Below are positions 17,042-27,015 of a stretch of DNA of 64,000 nucleotides, in pieces (position 1 is the first letter of the stretch; every line of letters starts with the position of its first letter). The notes beneath the pieces are model-generated. The model saw nothing but the letters and a program-made list of their open reading frames with translations. It did no database searches and was not told the DNA's origin. The stretch is taken from the IMG/VR virus record IMGVR_UViG_3300034072_000926, positions 62,001 to 126,000 of that record; one strand, given 5' to 3'. Made by a program: the position numbers and the translations under genes.

Positions 17042-17341
17042 TTAATTAGCAGTCGCTGCCCTATATTGTTCGGCGGCGTCTTCCTTAGGTAGAGCACCAG
17101 CAACAATATGGGATTCACGAATCGAAACAGTTGCGTCATTATCTGCCGCAGCCATCCAAGGCGTGAACATCACACGAACCTGCGTTGGGTTCTCTGGATT
17201 CTCAGCCAAGACCATAGCGAGTGGATTCTTGACCTTGACTTCTGAAGGGGTGAATTCGACAACCAGCGCGATGATCTCTTCGCCCGTCGATAGCTTCATA
17301 GTCATAATGGTAGGCTCTGTGGCCTTCTTCTCATGTAGCAT
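17042..17341 (-). CDS. Sm-like fold phage protein
   Basis: KLSTGEEIIA...VKNP...FTPWM pattern typical of T4-like phage Sm-like proteins. Confidence 0.6.
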   Translation of the reverse strand: MLHEKKATEPTIMTMKLSTGEEIIALVVEFTPSEVKVKNPLAMVLAENPENPTQVRVMFTPWMAAADNDATVSIRESHIVAGALPKEDAAEQYRAATAN

Positions 17342-17350
17342 AGTAGGTCC

Positions 17351-17860
17351 TTATGGATGCTTTTGATTCAGTAGAGCTCGATGGAAGCCCTTATAATTGT
17401 CCAGAGTCATATAGCCTATGAACTTGCTGCCTGCGAACATTGGATAGCGTTCAAATTCACCAACCCTCAACACCGAGTCACCAAACCTCACAAATTCATC
17501 ATCGGCGATCAGAAATGAATCACCAGTGTTGACTTCTATCTTCCATTCTTTGTCGCCATATCCTGCACCGCCAATGAATGCAGGCGCACTATCCCATACC
17601 CTGACTTCGTAGGTCGGCTTGGGCAATGATTTGGCTTCTTCGTCGGCTGCAATTGCTTGAGCTAGACGAGCCTTGACATACATGTCTCGGTCTTCGACGG
17701 CACGAGCACTCTTGAGAGCGTCTCGAATCCATAGAGGCTGAGACAATGCGTCAATCTCATCATGTGTCATCTTGAACACATTATCTACGAGTTCCTGAAG
17801 TTGTGGCTTTTTCTTGGCCACAATCTTCAGAAATTCTAATGGGCTTTTGCCGGATCTCAT
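17351..17860 (-). CDS. hypothetical protein
   Basis: ATGA-coupled ORF. Confidence 0.65.
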   Translation of the reverse strand: MRSGKSPLEFLKIVAKKKPQLQELVDNVFKMTHDEIDALSQPLWIRDALKSARAVEDRDMYVKARLAQAIAADEEAKSLPKPTYEVRVWDSAPAFIGGAGYGDKEWKIEVNTGDSFLIADDEFVRFGDSVLRVGEFERYPMFAGSKFIGYMTLDNYKGFHRALLNQKHP

Positions 17861-18096
17861 GCAGACTTCTTGAAGTAAGCATCAAGATCGGTGAAACCGC
17901 CGATATACTGCTCACCTAGCCAGATCTGAGGAACCGTGCGAGGGGCTGCACCAGTAACTGCGGTCACTCGTTCGATGAGTTCTTCACGCAGGTCGATAGC
18001 CGAGAGTTCAGTATATTCAATACCCTTCTGAGTCAGAAGACGCTTTGCTGAGACGCAGTGTGGGCAGTTGGGCTTGGAGTAAACGATTGCAGTCAT
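17857..18096 (-). CDS. glutaredoxin
   Basis: YSKPNCPHC, TVPQI, IGGF motifs; next to nrdB. Confidence 0.95.
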   Translation of the reverse strand: MTAIVYSKPNCPHCVSAKRLLTQKGIEYTELSAIDLREELIERVTAVTGAAPRTVPQIWLGEQYIGGFTDLDAYFKKSA

Positions 18097-18097
18097 T

Positions 18098-18364
18098 TCA
18101 ATATCCTTCGATTATAATCTTGTTTTCTTCAACGATAATTTTGCAGTTCTTCTGAACGTGTCCAGTTTTTGCAAAGACTTCGACCATTGCTTCATAGGAT
18201 CCTTCCTCAATATCATGTTCACATGATATCACACCGGGAGTGAATCCTACTGGGACTTCATAGGGATTCTTGGCATCAAGATAGATCCTATGGGTAAGCT
18301 TGACCGAAGTTTCCACCTCGGTCAGCTTGTAGACATCCCCATCAATTGTGATACGAAACTTCAT
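18098..18364 (-). CDS. hypothetical protein
   Basis: ORF between nrdB and glutaredoxin. Confidence 0.6.
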   Translation of the reverse strand: MKFRITIDGDVYKLTEVETSVKLTHRIYLDAKNPYEVPVGFTPGVISCEHDIEEGSYEAMVEVFAKTGHVQKNCKIIVEENKIIIEGY

Positions 18365-19495
18365 TTAGAGCCTGAACGTGCTGAAGTCGTCGTCTTGTGC
18401 GTCTTGCTTAACGCCGCCAACCACGTAGCTGGAGATTTCAGTTTCCTGTGGGGCAACCTGAACCGACTTCGAGGCAATCCAAGAAGAAGTCCAAGGCAGT
18501 GGGTTGCGAGCAGGAATCTTAAACGGCGCAGTCAAACCGACGCCGCGCATACGAGTGCCAGCAATGTAGTCCACATACTCATTCAAGAGAGCCTCGTTAA
18601 GACCGATGATGCTGCCATCCTTGAACAGATACTTGGCCCAAGCCTTTTCCTGTGCAATAGCGCTCATATACATCGAGATAGCCTGTGCTTCAGTTTCCTG
18701 TGCAATCTGAACGAAGTCTGGATCATCGGACTTCAAGATGTTGCGAAGCAGGTTCTGAGTAGCAGCAAGATGCAGGTTCTCGTCACGCGCAATGAACTTG
18801 ATGATCTTTGCGTTACCTTCCATGCGCTTGTTTTCTGCAAATGCCCAGGAGCAAGCGAACGACACGTAGAAACGAACACCCTCAAGGATGTTGACACTCA
18901 TCATAGTCAGCCACAGCTTCTTCTTCAGCTCATAGAGGTCAACCTTGACTTCCTTGCCATTGACCTTGTGAGTGCCGACACCCAATAGGTCATACCACTT
19001 CGACGACTCAATGAGATCATCATAGTTGGCCGAGATGTCCTTGGCGCAATCGACGATTTCCTCGATGTGACCCATCGAATCGAAGACTTCTGAGGGGTTC
19101 GGATAGACGTTACGAATGATGTGAGTGTAGGAACGGCTATGAATCGTTTCATAGAATGCCCAAGTCTGTGTCCATGTTTCCATTTCAGGAAGACTGGTGA
19201 TCGAGCCAAAAGCCTGTGTTGGACTACGACCCTGAACCGAGTCGAGAAGGATCTGACGCTTTAGGTTTGAGGTAAAGATGTGCTTTTCATGATCGGACAG
19301 CTTTACAAAGTCGCCGCGATCAGTATTGAGATCCACTTCCTCTGGTCGCCAGAAAAAGCCCAGCTGCTGGCTGGTTAGATGTTCCAGTTCAGGATACTTG
19401 ACCTGGTCAAAACGCTGAATGTTCACTGGACCAGCAGGGTCGAAGAACATCCTAGCAGTTAGATGATTAGGTGCATTTAGGTTGAAGACGCTCAT
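18365..19495 (-). CDS. nrdB: ribonucleotide reductase class Ia beta subunit
   Basis: FFWRPEE, LDSVQGR, ETIHSRSY, LEGVRFYVSFACS, RDENLH, VAPQETEISSY. Confidence 0.97.
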   Translation of the reverse strand: MSVFNLNAPNHLTARMFFDPAGPVNIQRFDQVKYPELEHLTSQQLGFFWRPEEVDLNTDRGDFVKLSDHEKHIFTSNLKRQILLDSVQGRSPTQAFGSITSLPEMETWTQTWAFYETIHSRSYTHIIRNVYPNPSEVFDSMGHIEEIVDCAKDISANYDDLIESSKWYDLLGVGTHKVNGKEVKVDLYELKKKLWLTMMSVNILEGVRFYVSFACSWAFAENKRMEGNAKIIKFIARDENLHLAATQNLLRNILKSDDPDFVQIAQETEAQAISMYMSAIAQEKAWAKYLFKDGSIIGLNEALLNEYVDYIAGTRMRGVGLTAPFKIPARNPLPWTSSWIASKSVQVAPQETEISSYVVGGVKQDAQDDDFSTFRL

Positions 19496-19725
19496 TCGTC
19501 GGCCCCTTTCAATTTTTCGATTTCATTTTCAATATTGCGGAGACGAATGCTGATGTAGATTGACAAACAGTTTGCCAGACCTTCACGCCCGTTATTTGTC
19601 ACGATAGACGGAATCATCTGGTTATCCACTGCCACAGTAAAGGGCAGATGCAGTTGACCAGCCTTGTAAATCATCTGTTTCAAATATTCTCGCTCTTCCT
19701 CGAGAGCTTTGATTTGGGCGTTCAT
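19492..19725 (-). CDS. hypothetical protein
   Basis: AAGGAG RBS; ATGA overlap with nrdB. Confidence 0.6.
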   Translation of the reverse strand: MNAQIKALEEEREYLKQMIYKAGQLHLPFTVAVDNQMIPSIVTNNGREGLANCLSIYISIRLRNIENEIEKLKGADE

Positions 19726-19788
19726 CGCCTTCTCCTTATTCCAGTATAATACGGAACTCTGGCTGCAAAAGTCTATTTTAGGTAGAAC

Positions 19789-19815
19789 GACCCAGGGGTG
19801 ATAAGCCCCTGGGTC
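19789..19815 (-). terminator. hairpin terminator after nrdA
   Basis: GACCCAGGGG-TGATAAG-CCCCTGGGTC inverted repeat. Confidence 0.6.
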
Positions 19816-19822
19816 TGGACTT

Positions 19823-22129
19823 TTAGAGCTTGCAGGAATCGCAATCTTCGTCGTCTAGAATCTCTTCTAGTTCTTCATCACTCTTTGTCTCGTTGACGAC
19901 GAGGGTGACGTCTTCCTGACCGTCATAAGTGTTGAAGTAATAGAGGTTCTTGCCGCCATACTTGTAGAAGTTCAACAAGTCAGTGATCATGTCCTTCATG
20001 GAAATCTCACGATTCTCATAATGGTCAGGATTGTAGCTGGTGTTGACACTTGCGCTCTGATCCAGATACTTGTTAAGAACACAAGCAACCTTCAGATAAC
20101 CGGCAGGCCCGCGCTGATCCCAAAGTAGTTCATACTTGTTCTTCAGCTTGCCAATCTCAGGCACAACCTGCTTGAGCACGCCATGCTTGGAGACCTTCTC
20201 AGAAACCAGCGCACGAACAGGTTCAATGCCATTGGTCGAGTTGGACAACTGAGCAGAAGTCTCTGCGGGCATCAGAGCCATCAGAGTGGTATTGCGGATA
20301 CCATTCTTGATCAGCTGAGCACGGAGATCTTCCCAAGGCATACGAGTCGTTGGTTCGACTAGTTCATCCAGATCACGCTTGTAGGTGTCAATGGGCATAA
20401 CACCTTGGCTATACTTGGACTTGTAAGAACCTGGGCAGGCTCCCTTTTCCAAAGCCAGATCGGCTGAAGCCTTGATCAGGTAGTAGGACATGCCTTCCAT
20501 GTATTCGTCGACCAGTGGAAGAGCAGCATCGTCATACTTCAGACCATTCTTCGCAAGGAAGTAGGCCAGGTTGATGATACCAACGCCGAGAGGACGAAGT
20601 TCCTTCGTAGCAAGTTCTGCGGCCTTGACTGGGTAATTCTGGTAGCTGAGAATTTCATCAAGGAAGCGAACAACCAGCTTTGCAGGCTTTTCGAAATCAT
20701 GAGGTGTCTTGACACGACCCCAGTTGAGTGCGCTGAGGGTGCAAAGGCTGATGCGACCATTGGGATCGTCGAAGTGCTGCATTGGAACCGTAGGAAGTGT
20801 GATTTCCTGGCAGAGGTTGCTCTGCGTGATCGGAGCCAACTCAGGGATATACGAACCATGCGAGTTTGCGTGGTCAATGTTCATGAGGTAGATACGACCA
20901 GTTTCCTTACGCTCGGTCATGAACGTAATAAACACATCGAGGGCCTTCATTGACTTCTTACGAATCTTTGGATCAGCTTCGTAATGAGTGTAGAGGCGAT
21001 CAAACTCGTCCTGATCAGCATAGAACGCATCAAGGAGACCCGGAACATCCTTAGGTGAGAAGAACGTAATGTCTCCACCTTCCACAAGACGCTTATACAT
21101 CATGCGGTTAAACAGGAAGCTATAGTCGAGGTGACGAATACGATTCTGTTCAGTGCCCTTGTTGTTCTTCAGAACAATCAGGTCCTCAAATTCGTAATGC
21201 CAAAGCGGGAAGTGGACAGTAGCCGCACCACCGCGAACACCGCCTTGCGAACAGCTCTTAACTGCTGCCTGCATCCAGCGAACAAACGGCAAAAGACCAG
21301 TATGTTCAGCATCGCCATTGCGGATCTTCGAACCAAGAGCACGAACACGACCCATGTCAATACCAAGCCCTGCCTTCTGGCTGATATACTTGACAACGCT
21401 GCTATTTGTGGCAACGAGAGAATCAAGAGAGTCGTCAGTCGAAATGGTAACACACGAGCTGAACTGCTTCTGTGGCGTCCTCAGACCTGCCATGATGGGC
21501 GTAGGCAGGCTGATGTCGAACTGGCTTACTGCATCGTAGAAATCCTTGATGTAGTCCATGCGGGTATCCTTGGGATACGCCATGAAGCCAATCGCGCTGA
21601 TCAGAACCAGAGCAATCTGCGGGGTTTCAAAGAACTGACCGGTAACGCGGTCCTTGACGAGATACTTGCCGCGCCACTGTTCCATGCCAGCGTAGGCAAT
21701 CAAGTCGTCTCGCGTATGCTTGACGATCTTCTCAAGCTTCTTCCACTCTTCGTCGTTGAAGTTGTCGAGCAGTTCCTGAGTGTAATGACCCTCAGCGACA
21801 TTCTTCTCAACAACCTGCTTAACAGTCCAAGGCTCATAACGGCCATAGACTTCCTTACGAAGCTGGTAGCTAGCCAGACGACTAGCAACGAACTGGTAGT
21901 TTGGAGTTTCCTCGCTGATCAGTTCGCTTGCGCTCTTAACGAGCAGTTCGTGAATCTTGGTGCTCAAGACTCCGTCTTCTAGCTGAAGCTGGGCGCGGAG
22001 TTCTACCTCGGAAGGTGAAACACCGGCAAGGTCTTCGCAGGCCCAGAAGACAACCTTATGAATCTTTTCGAGGTCTAATGCCTCTTTGCGGCCGTCACGC
22101 TTGACAACCATAATTGGTGTGTTGCCCAT
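19823..22129 (-). CDS. nrdA: ribonucleotide reductase class Ia alpha subunit with ATP cone
   Basis: VVKRDG ATP cone, PTPIMAG, QFSSC, SQGGVRGGA, QSNLCQEI, MPAETS, C-terminal CDSC. Confidence 0.97.
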   Translation of the reverse strand: MGNTPIMVVKRDGRKEALDLEKIHKVVFWACEDLAGVSPSEVELRAQLQLEDGVLSTKIHELLVKSASELISEETPNYQFVASRLASYQLRKEVYGRYEPWTVKQVVEKNVAEGHYTQELLDNFNDEEWKKLEKIVKHTRDDLIAYAGMEQWRGKYLVKDRVTGQFFETPQIALVLISAIGFMAYPKDTRMDYIKDFYDAVSQFDISLPTPIMAGLRTPQKQFSSCVTISTDDSLDSLVATNSSVVKYISQKAGLGIDMGRVRALGSKIRNGDAEHTGLLPFVRWMQAAVKSCSQGGVRGGAATVHFPLWHYEFEDLIVLKNNKGTEQNRIRHLDYSFLFNRMMYKRLVEGGDITFFSPKDVPGLLDAFYADQDEFDRLYTHYEADPKIRKKSMKALDVFITFMTERKETGRIYLMNIDHANSHGSYIPELAPITQSNLCQEITLPTVPMQHFDDPNGRISLCTLSALNWGRVKTPHDFEKPAKLVVRFLDEILSYQNYPVKAAELATKELRPLGVGIINLAYFLAKNGLKYDDAALPLVDEYMEGMSYYLIKASADLALEKGACPGSYKSKYSQGVMPIDTYKRDLDELVEPTTRMPWEDLRAQLIKNGIRNTTLMALMPAETSAQLSNSTNGIEPVRALVSEKVSKHGVLKQVVPEIGKLKNKYELLWDQRGPAGYLKVACVLNKYLDQSASVNTSYNPDHYENREISMKDMITDLLNFYKYGGKNLYYFNTYDGQEDVTLVVNETKSDEELEEILDDEDCDSCKL

Positions 22130-22220
22130 ATTTTTCCTTGTTCTCTTTTTCTTAGGGCAGATATTTAGTGAGTCCAAAATTTCATTCTGTGGCGCGTTTA
22201 AGTGCTCTTAGAACTGCTAA

Positions 22221-22685
22221 TTAGACTTCCTGGTGTCCGCCCTCAGGGTTAACACGGTAGCTCACCAAATATGCACAATCTACCCTCTCAATGTCAAAAT
22301 TGATAACACTGGCATGGAGGTAATTTAGCGCCCATTTGTTATCAACCAGGAGAACCATCGTTTGAAACGATTCCTTTGAATTGCGGACATAATGTAGGCG
22401 CAAACGCTCAGGAGACCAACCCGCTAGGATGAGGGTCTGTTCCATGAGATATGCCTTTGCTGTATCGTCGAAATCACCCTGGCTGAGAAGTTCCCAAGGT
22501 GTTGGCCAAGCAGTCGTGTCGTCATAGTCTAGGACGTAGTTAGATGTAGGTGCCTGAGATACCCATACTGAAACAGCTTTTAGCTGGTCCATTTCTTCCA
22601 AATCGTTTAGGTTTTGACGGAAATCTCTCCAAGAAGTGAGTCGCTCACTAGGAGACAGTAGGAAGGGATTCATAGAACTCTCCAT
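22221..22685 (-). CDS. conserved hypothetical phage protein
   Basis: ERL..WR.FR and WPTPWEL motifs. Confidence 0.7.
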   Translation of the reverse strand: MESSMNPFLLSPSERLTSWRDFRQNLNDLEEMDQLKAVSVWVSQAPTSNYVLDYDDTTAWPTPWELLSQGDFDDTAKAYLMEQTLILAGWSPERLRLHYVRNSKESFQTMVLLVDNKWALNYLHASVINFDIERVDCAYLVSYRVNPEGGHQEV

Positions 22686-22693
22686 TAAGGAAT

Positions 22694-23344
22694 TTAGACT
22701 GCTTGGGTAGGTGGCGAAGGATCTACCTCAGGGGCAGACCATTCTCGTCCACTCAGCGATAGCGTTAGCTCAAGACCAAAATTGTTCCTAAACGCTAGCC
22801 AAGTAATACCTGTGTCAGCACCGGTCAGATCATAACGAGTTAACTGGAAATGACCAGTTGTGCTCGTAGGAAGATTTGCCGATCCGCCTGGCCAGTTCAA
22901 AGAACACATCGAGCCAGAAGTTAAGTTGACAACAGATTGATCTGGATCACTAGGATGAACGCAGACCGTCATAATGCCCATAAGCTTGACCGAACCACCG
23001 TTGCCATAGAGGCTAAAATCGTAAGTAGCAAAGTCACGTTCGTTATGGACGAAAAGTGGGAAGACGCTGGTCATGTTGCTGTTCGAGCCACACACCGCAG
23101 ACACAAGAGGTCCGTGATAGTAGACATCGCCGCCAATGCCACGCTGAATATCAAGTTCAGTTAGAAGCTTGATATTCTGATAGGGATAGGATTTCCTGCC
23201 AGACACGCTGGGATGAGTCTGTGCGCCGATGAAAACTTCACCAGTGTCAGTAGTCATTCCAATCTCGCCATCTTCTAGAGCATTAGGGAGTTCCCCGCTA
23301 GTGCCCCTTCGATGTTGGATCCTGGAGATCTGATAAACAGCCAT
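22694..23344 (-). CDS. putative virion/tail structural protein
   Basis: ISRIQHRRG...L..GEIG...DTGEVFIG N-terminal motif; TAAATA upstream. Confidence 0.65.
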   Translation of the reverse strand: MAVYQISRIQHRRGTSGELPNALEDGEIGMTTDTGEVFIGAQTHPSVSGRKSYPYQNIKLLTELDIQRGIGGDVYYHGPLVSAVCGSNSNMTSVFPLFVHNERDFATYDFSLYGNGGSVKLMGIMTVCVHPSDPDQSVVNLTSGSMCSLNWPGGSANLPTSTTGHFQLTRYDLTGADTGITWLAFRNNFGLELTLSLSGREWSAPEVDPSPPTQAV

Positions 23345-23416
23345 TCTGTCCTCCAATTTACCCTATATTTATTCTCCGCCGCTTGACTTAATCCTATTTC
23401 GTGCTAAAGATATCAT

Positions 23417-23815
23417 ATGAGCGATATTATTGTGCCACCGATCGGAACTAAGGTTGAAGTCCTCAGCCGTTATACTCTTCCTTGGATGAACGAGTATCGT
23501 CGTCCAACCGTTGGAGTAGTGGCCCATAGCAATTCATGGGACAAGCCAGGCACCTTCCGCCTCATTGGAACGGGAGGTATTGGCGAGGCTGTTGTCTCTC
23601 TGGATCGTCTCGAATACCTCAAGATTATCAAAGATTCAACAACGTCGACCACGGCAGCCAAAAGCGAAGTCTCGAGTTTCGAGATCAAAGGCAGTCAGGG
23701 CGATATCTATATCGTAACCTTAGACGGCGACAAGGCAAAATGCACATGTCCAGCTGGAAGCCATGGTCGAGTCTGTAAGCATATCAAGATGGCTCGGGAA
23801 GAGCACCATTCTTGA
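23417..23815 (+). CDS. SWIM zinc-finger protein
   Basis: GSQG..Y.V...CTCP......CKHI; TTGACT promoter upstream. Confidence 0.8.
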   Translation: MSDIIVPPIGTKVEVLSRYTLPWMNEYRRPTVGVVAHSNSWDKPGTFRLIGTGGIGEAVVSLDRLEYLKIIKDSTTSTTAAKSEVSSFEIKGSQGDIYIVTLDGDKAKCTCPAGSHGRVCKHIKMAREEHHS

Positions 23816-24479
23816 AGAAGATGTCGAGGCGACCTAGCCATTCATTGATAGCCGCCTCAAATTCCTCACCCTCAAAGACATATTCAGCATAGCTCAAGTC
23901 TCGAGCGACCATAAAGATCACTCCGCGCTTGATGTTCGTGCCAAACAGCTCGTTATGGGCGAGCGCATACGCGGCAAGCTGACAAGCATAATTGTTAATC
24001 TTGTCCTTGCTCTTCATCTTATTGGTCGTCTTGTAGTCCATGATGGCTGGTTCGCCATTATGAATTCCAATCAAGTCAGCCGTGCCTGCATACAAGCCTG
24101 GAAAGTAGAGCATCTCTTCCATTGCCCATACTTCGCTAACATTGATTAGACCACGTTCGATGATAACGTCTGCCATGTTGGTTGCCATCTTACGCACAAC
24201 ATTGGAACCACCTGGACGTTCTTCGCCCATCATGTAGTTCTCCAAATGAGTGTGCATCAGAGAGCCTAGACCCGCAGCTTCGTCACGGATCTGGTCTGCT
24301 TTCTTGTCACCAACCCAGGCGCGCCATTCCAAGAGACCAGATTTGTCCTCTGTGGCGCCAAGGATTGTGGTAACACTTGCGTGAGCCATACCCTTATCGC
24401 AGATATAATGCCTAGTGCCGTTCTCCTGCGTAACTCGCTCTAGGGTAGGATATTTGTAAAGATCGTTTTTTGGTATCAT
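23784..24479 (-). CDS. PD-(D/E)XK exonuclease (Cas4/YqaJ-like phage exonuclease)
   Basis: SVTTIL, G..MH..LE, YAGTADL, IMDYKT, QLAAYA motifs. Confidence 0.88.
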   Translation of the reverse strand: MIPKNDLYKYPTLERVTQENGTRHYICDKGMAHASVTTILGATEDKSGLLEWRAWVGDKKADQIRDEAAGLGSLMHTHLENYMMGEERPGGSNVVRKMATNMADVIIERGLINVSEVWAMEEMLYFPGLYAGTADLIGIHNGEPAIMDYKTTNKMKSKDKINNYACQLAAYALAHNELFGTNIKRGVIFMVARDLSYAEYVFEGEEFEAAINEWLGRLDIFFKNGALPEPS

Positions 24480-24583
24480 GTCTTTTTCTTTCTAGATATA
24501 CGGATTCTGGATGTGATTGTCTATATCCGATCTAGCCCAGACATGGGTGAAGCGGGGAATTGTCTCCCCGCTTCGTATTTACC

Positions 24584-26215
24584 TCAACGATAAGAAGTGC
24601 GAGTCGTGACCTTCTTCTTTCCTACAGCCTGACGAGCAGCAATCCTGAACTCATCCAAGCTACCATATTCCATTTCAGCTTGCTGAATGATGGCTTCGTG
24701 AATTGTTTCATTGTCATCGAAATGCTTCTGACAAACTGCACGAATAGCCTGGAAGACCGATGCCTGTGGATTGTTCTTCAGAGTTTCCTTCACAATACGC
24801 AGAGCAGCAGCCAACTGACCATTAGTTAAGCCGTGTTGGCCGGCCGCACTAGCCTCTTCCAGTTCCTCCTGCTCAAGTGCTTCAGCGAGCCCCTTAGATA
24901 GGGCCTCAAGACGTGCGCGGGTTTCATGCACGCTTGGCGTGCCTTGGTTCACATAGGACCCTTGCTGAACGCCTGCGAGCTTCGCAACTTCCTGAACCTG
25001 CTGGGCAAAGAAGACGTCTTCGGTCGTGTCTTCTTCAACGACTTCGTCCTCTTCGACTTCTTCGTGGAACTGACGATATTCACCAGTTGGCATAACGTCA
25101 ATGCCTAGCACATAGGCGCCTTCAGCAATCTCAATAGGATGTTCGCCACTTGCGACCTTAGTTGCAATCACGCGAGCATCGCCGTAAGTCGTGAAGCCTT
25201 CCTGGACTAGTTGAACCCTAGTGCCAGCTGTTGCCCACTTTGGCTGTTCGACTGTGCCGATATTTTCCATGATCTGGGTGTGAACCACCACTGCAAAGTT
25301 GTTAGCCTCCATGATGGCCTCCTCTAGTTCTTCTGTTTCATTAAGTTCTGGATCTCCTGCAAGGCCTTGCAGATCGCAATCACCTGTAGTGAGATCATCA
25401 ATGCTTTCGTCCATTTGTTCATCGAACTGGTCCTCAGTATCGGTCAAAAGCGCATCAGTTTCCATCATGTAATGGAGGGCCTGAGCTTTGAACTCTTCTT
25501 CTGACAAAGTGGAAAATTCCTGCATGTAAGGTGTTGCCTGATAGTGCCCATAGGCTCTTTCAAGAATAGTCTCAACTGGCAAACCTTCATCCATACCACC
25601 CCACTCTAGACATTCTAGAAGGTCACCTTTGTATAGACCATTTCCGATGTCAGCAAGACCTTCGGCGAGACTTTCAGAAATCTTTTTCGCAATCATAAGT
25701 GGACTCTTTACCCCTTGGGTCACATAACCCTTCCTCTTGAATTCAGCGAAGGTCTTTTCATTTGTTAGCATCGCACTGCTATTCGAGGCAGAGAATGCAA
25801 TGACCTGGAAGTGTTCCATATCAAACTCAGTCACGCCGCCATACATCACAGTTGGCTTGAACGTAACTTCTTTGAAAGCCTTGATTGCTTCATCCTTAGT
25901 CGAATAGCCAAGCATGACCTTGTCTTCGTCAAACTTCGAACCATCGACAGTTAGCTGATGAACCACATAGACCTTGGCGCCCTTCTTTGGATTCTTCCTC
26001 AGATAGCAATCAAGGTGTTCGCCGTCAGGACTATGGGTTCCCTTGATATAACCGTAATGTGCTGGGACTTTGATTGCCCATTCATCACCGGTCTTCTTGT
26101 TCTTGCCCCTGCGATAACCACCAGCAGGGACTTCAATGGAAATATCTAGTCCTTCGAAGTGCTGACGGCTATGAAGCTTCGCCTCATTGAGCTGTTTGAA
26201 AAATTCCATACTCAC
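24584..26215 (-). CDS. inorganic-pyrophosphatase-domain protein with acidic C-terminal region (putative internal head protein)
   Basis: ISIE...YRRG...HYGYIKGT...DGEHLDCY...Q...FDEDKVMLGY. Confidence 0.75.
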   Translation of the reverse strand: MSMEFFKQLNEAKLHSRQHFEGLDISIEVPAGGYRRGKNKKTGDEWAIKVPAHYGYIKGTHSPDGEHLDCYLRKNPKKGAKVYVVHQLTVDGSKFDEDKVMLGYSTKDEAIKAFKEVTFKPTVMYGGVTEFDMEHFQVIAFSASNSSAMLTNEKTFAEFKRKGYVTQGVKSPLMIAKKISESLAEGLADIGNGLYKGDLLECLEWGGMDEGLPVETILERAYGHYQATPYMQEFSTLSEEEFKAQALHYMMETDALLTDTEDQFDEQMDESIDDLTTGDCDLQGLAGDPELNETEELEEAIMEANNFAVVVHTQIMENIGTVEQPKWATAGTRVQLVQEGFTTYGDARVIATKVASGEHPIEIAEGAYVLGIDVMPTGEYRQFHEEVEEDEVVEEDTTEDVFFAQQVQEVAKLAGVQQGSYVNQGTPSVHETRARLEALSKGLAEALEQEELEEASAAGQHGLTNGQLAAALRIVKETLKNNPQASVFQAIRAVCQKHFDDNETIHEAIIQQAEMEYGSLDEFRIAARQAVGKKKVTTRTSYR

Positions 26216-26574
26216 CAGAAGATCCTCCAGAAGAAAGTGTTACCAGTGCTGGTATTCTTTAGCGGGGTCACCTGATAGCCGAGATCAACGAAGTTCTTCT
26301 GCACGATATCAATCTGTTCCTTAAGGCTACGATTATCAAGGTCAGCAAAGAGAACGCCGTAATAGTCACGAGCATCAATCTTTGCTTCATTGAGGGGATC
26401 ATAGCTCAATGGATCAGTCATTGGGCTGACAATGCTCTTGCCAACTTCTACAGAGAGTTCGCCAGCTTCAATAGCCTGATAGATAGCTTCCTCAAGAGCA
26501 CGAATCTCAGCATGAATTGCTAGATTGTTCCTCGAGCCTGCACGGGCTTCTGCGGCCGTGGGGAATGTGTTCAT
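26212..26574 (-). CDS. conserved hypothetical late protein
   Basis: ATGA-coupled; F..LGY.V...TGNTF.W.I.W tail. Confidence 0.7.
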   Translation of the reverse strand: MNTFPTAAEARAGSRNNLAIHAEIRALEEAIYQAIEAGELSVEVGKSIVSPMTDPLSYDPLNEAKIDARDYYGVLFADLDNRSLKEQIDIVQKNFVDLGYQVTPLKNTSTGNTFFWRIFW

Positions 26575-26939
26575 AGTTCATCACCTTTTCGGTCAATCGA
26601 GCGGAGAGCAGCAGAACGAACAGCTTTATCGTCCTTTTCTGCTTGCTTCTGATCCACTTGTCGTCCAGCGGTTGGATTGTCGATGAATACGCTCATTTGT
26701 CCAGTTTCTGGATCAGGCGTAACATTGATACCCTGAACACCCTTAAGAGCCTGGTTCACCAATTCAGGCGAAGCGGCGGTTCCTTCCAGGTCAGGGTTAG
26801 CGGACAATAGGTCAACAACCTGCTGAACCGTAATAGTTTCAGCACCTTGGGCTTTAAGCGATGCCACGACGTCGAGGATAGCGTTCTTGGCAACATCCAA
26901 GACTCCCATATCTTCGACTACAATTTCATTCCAACGCAT
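26571..26939 (-). CDS. hypothetical late protein (MRWNEI N-terminus)
   Basis: GGAGG RBS; TAAATA promoter at 26962-26967. Confidence 0.7.
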   Translation of the reverse strand: MRWNEIVVEDMGVLDVAKNAILDVVASLKAQGAETITVQQVVDLLSANPDLEGTAASPELVNQALKGVQGINVTPDPETGQMSVFIDNPTAGRQVDQKQAEKDDKAVRSAALRSIDRKGDEL

Positions 26940-27015
26940 TAGTGCCTCCTAAATTGTCCACTATTTACACTTTAGTCATGGTAAAGCCCCGACGTTTCCG
27001 CCGGGGCCCTATCTA

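Noticed and set aside
21131-21982. 283-aa plus-strand ORF in nrdA (and 18290-18988 in nrdB)
   Set aside because: Shadow frames of well-conserved genes.
18365-22129. Introns or inteins in nrdA/nrdB (also checked terL, helicase, uvsX)
   Set aside because: The ORFs are continuous and of normal length, with no intein-like insertions.
23784-24479. Cas4-like nuclease as evidence of a CRISPR system
   Set aside because: No array or other cas genes; standard phage PD-(D/E)XK exonuclease.
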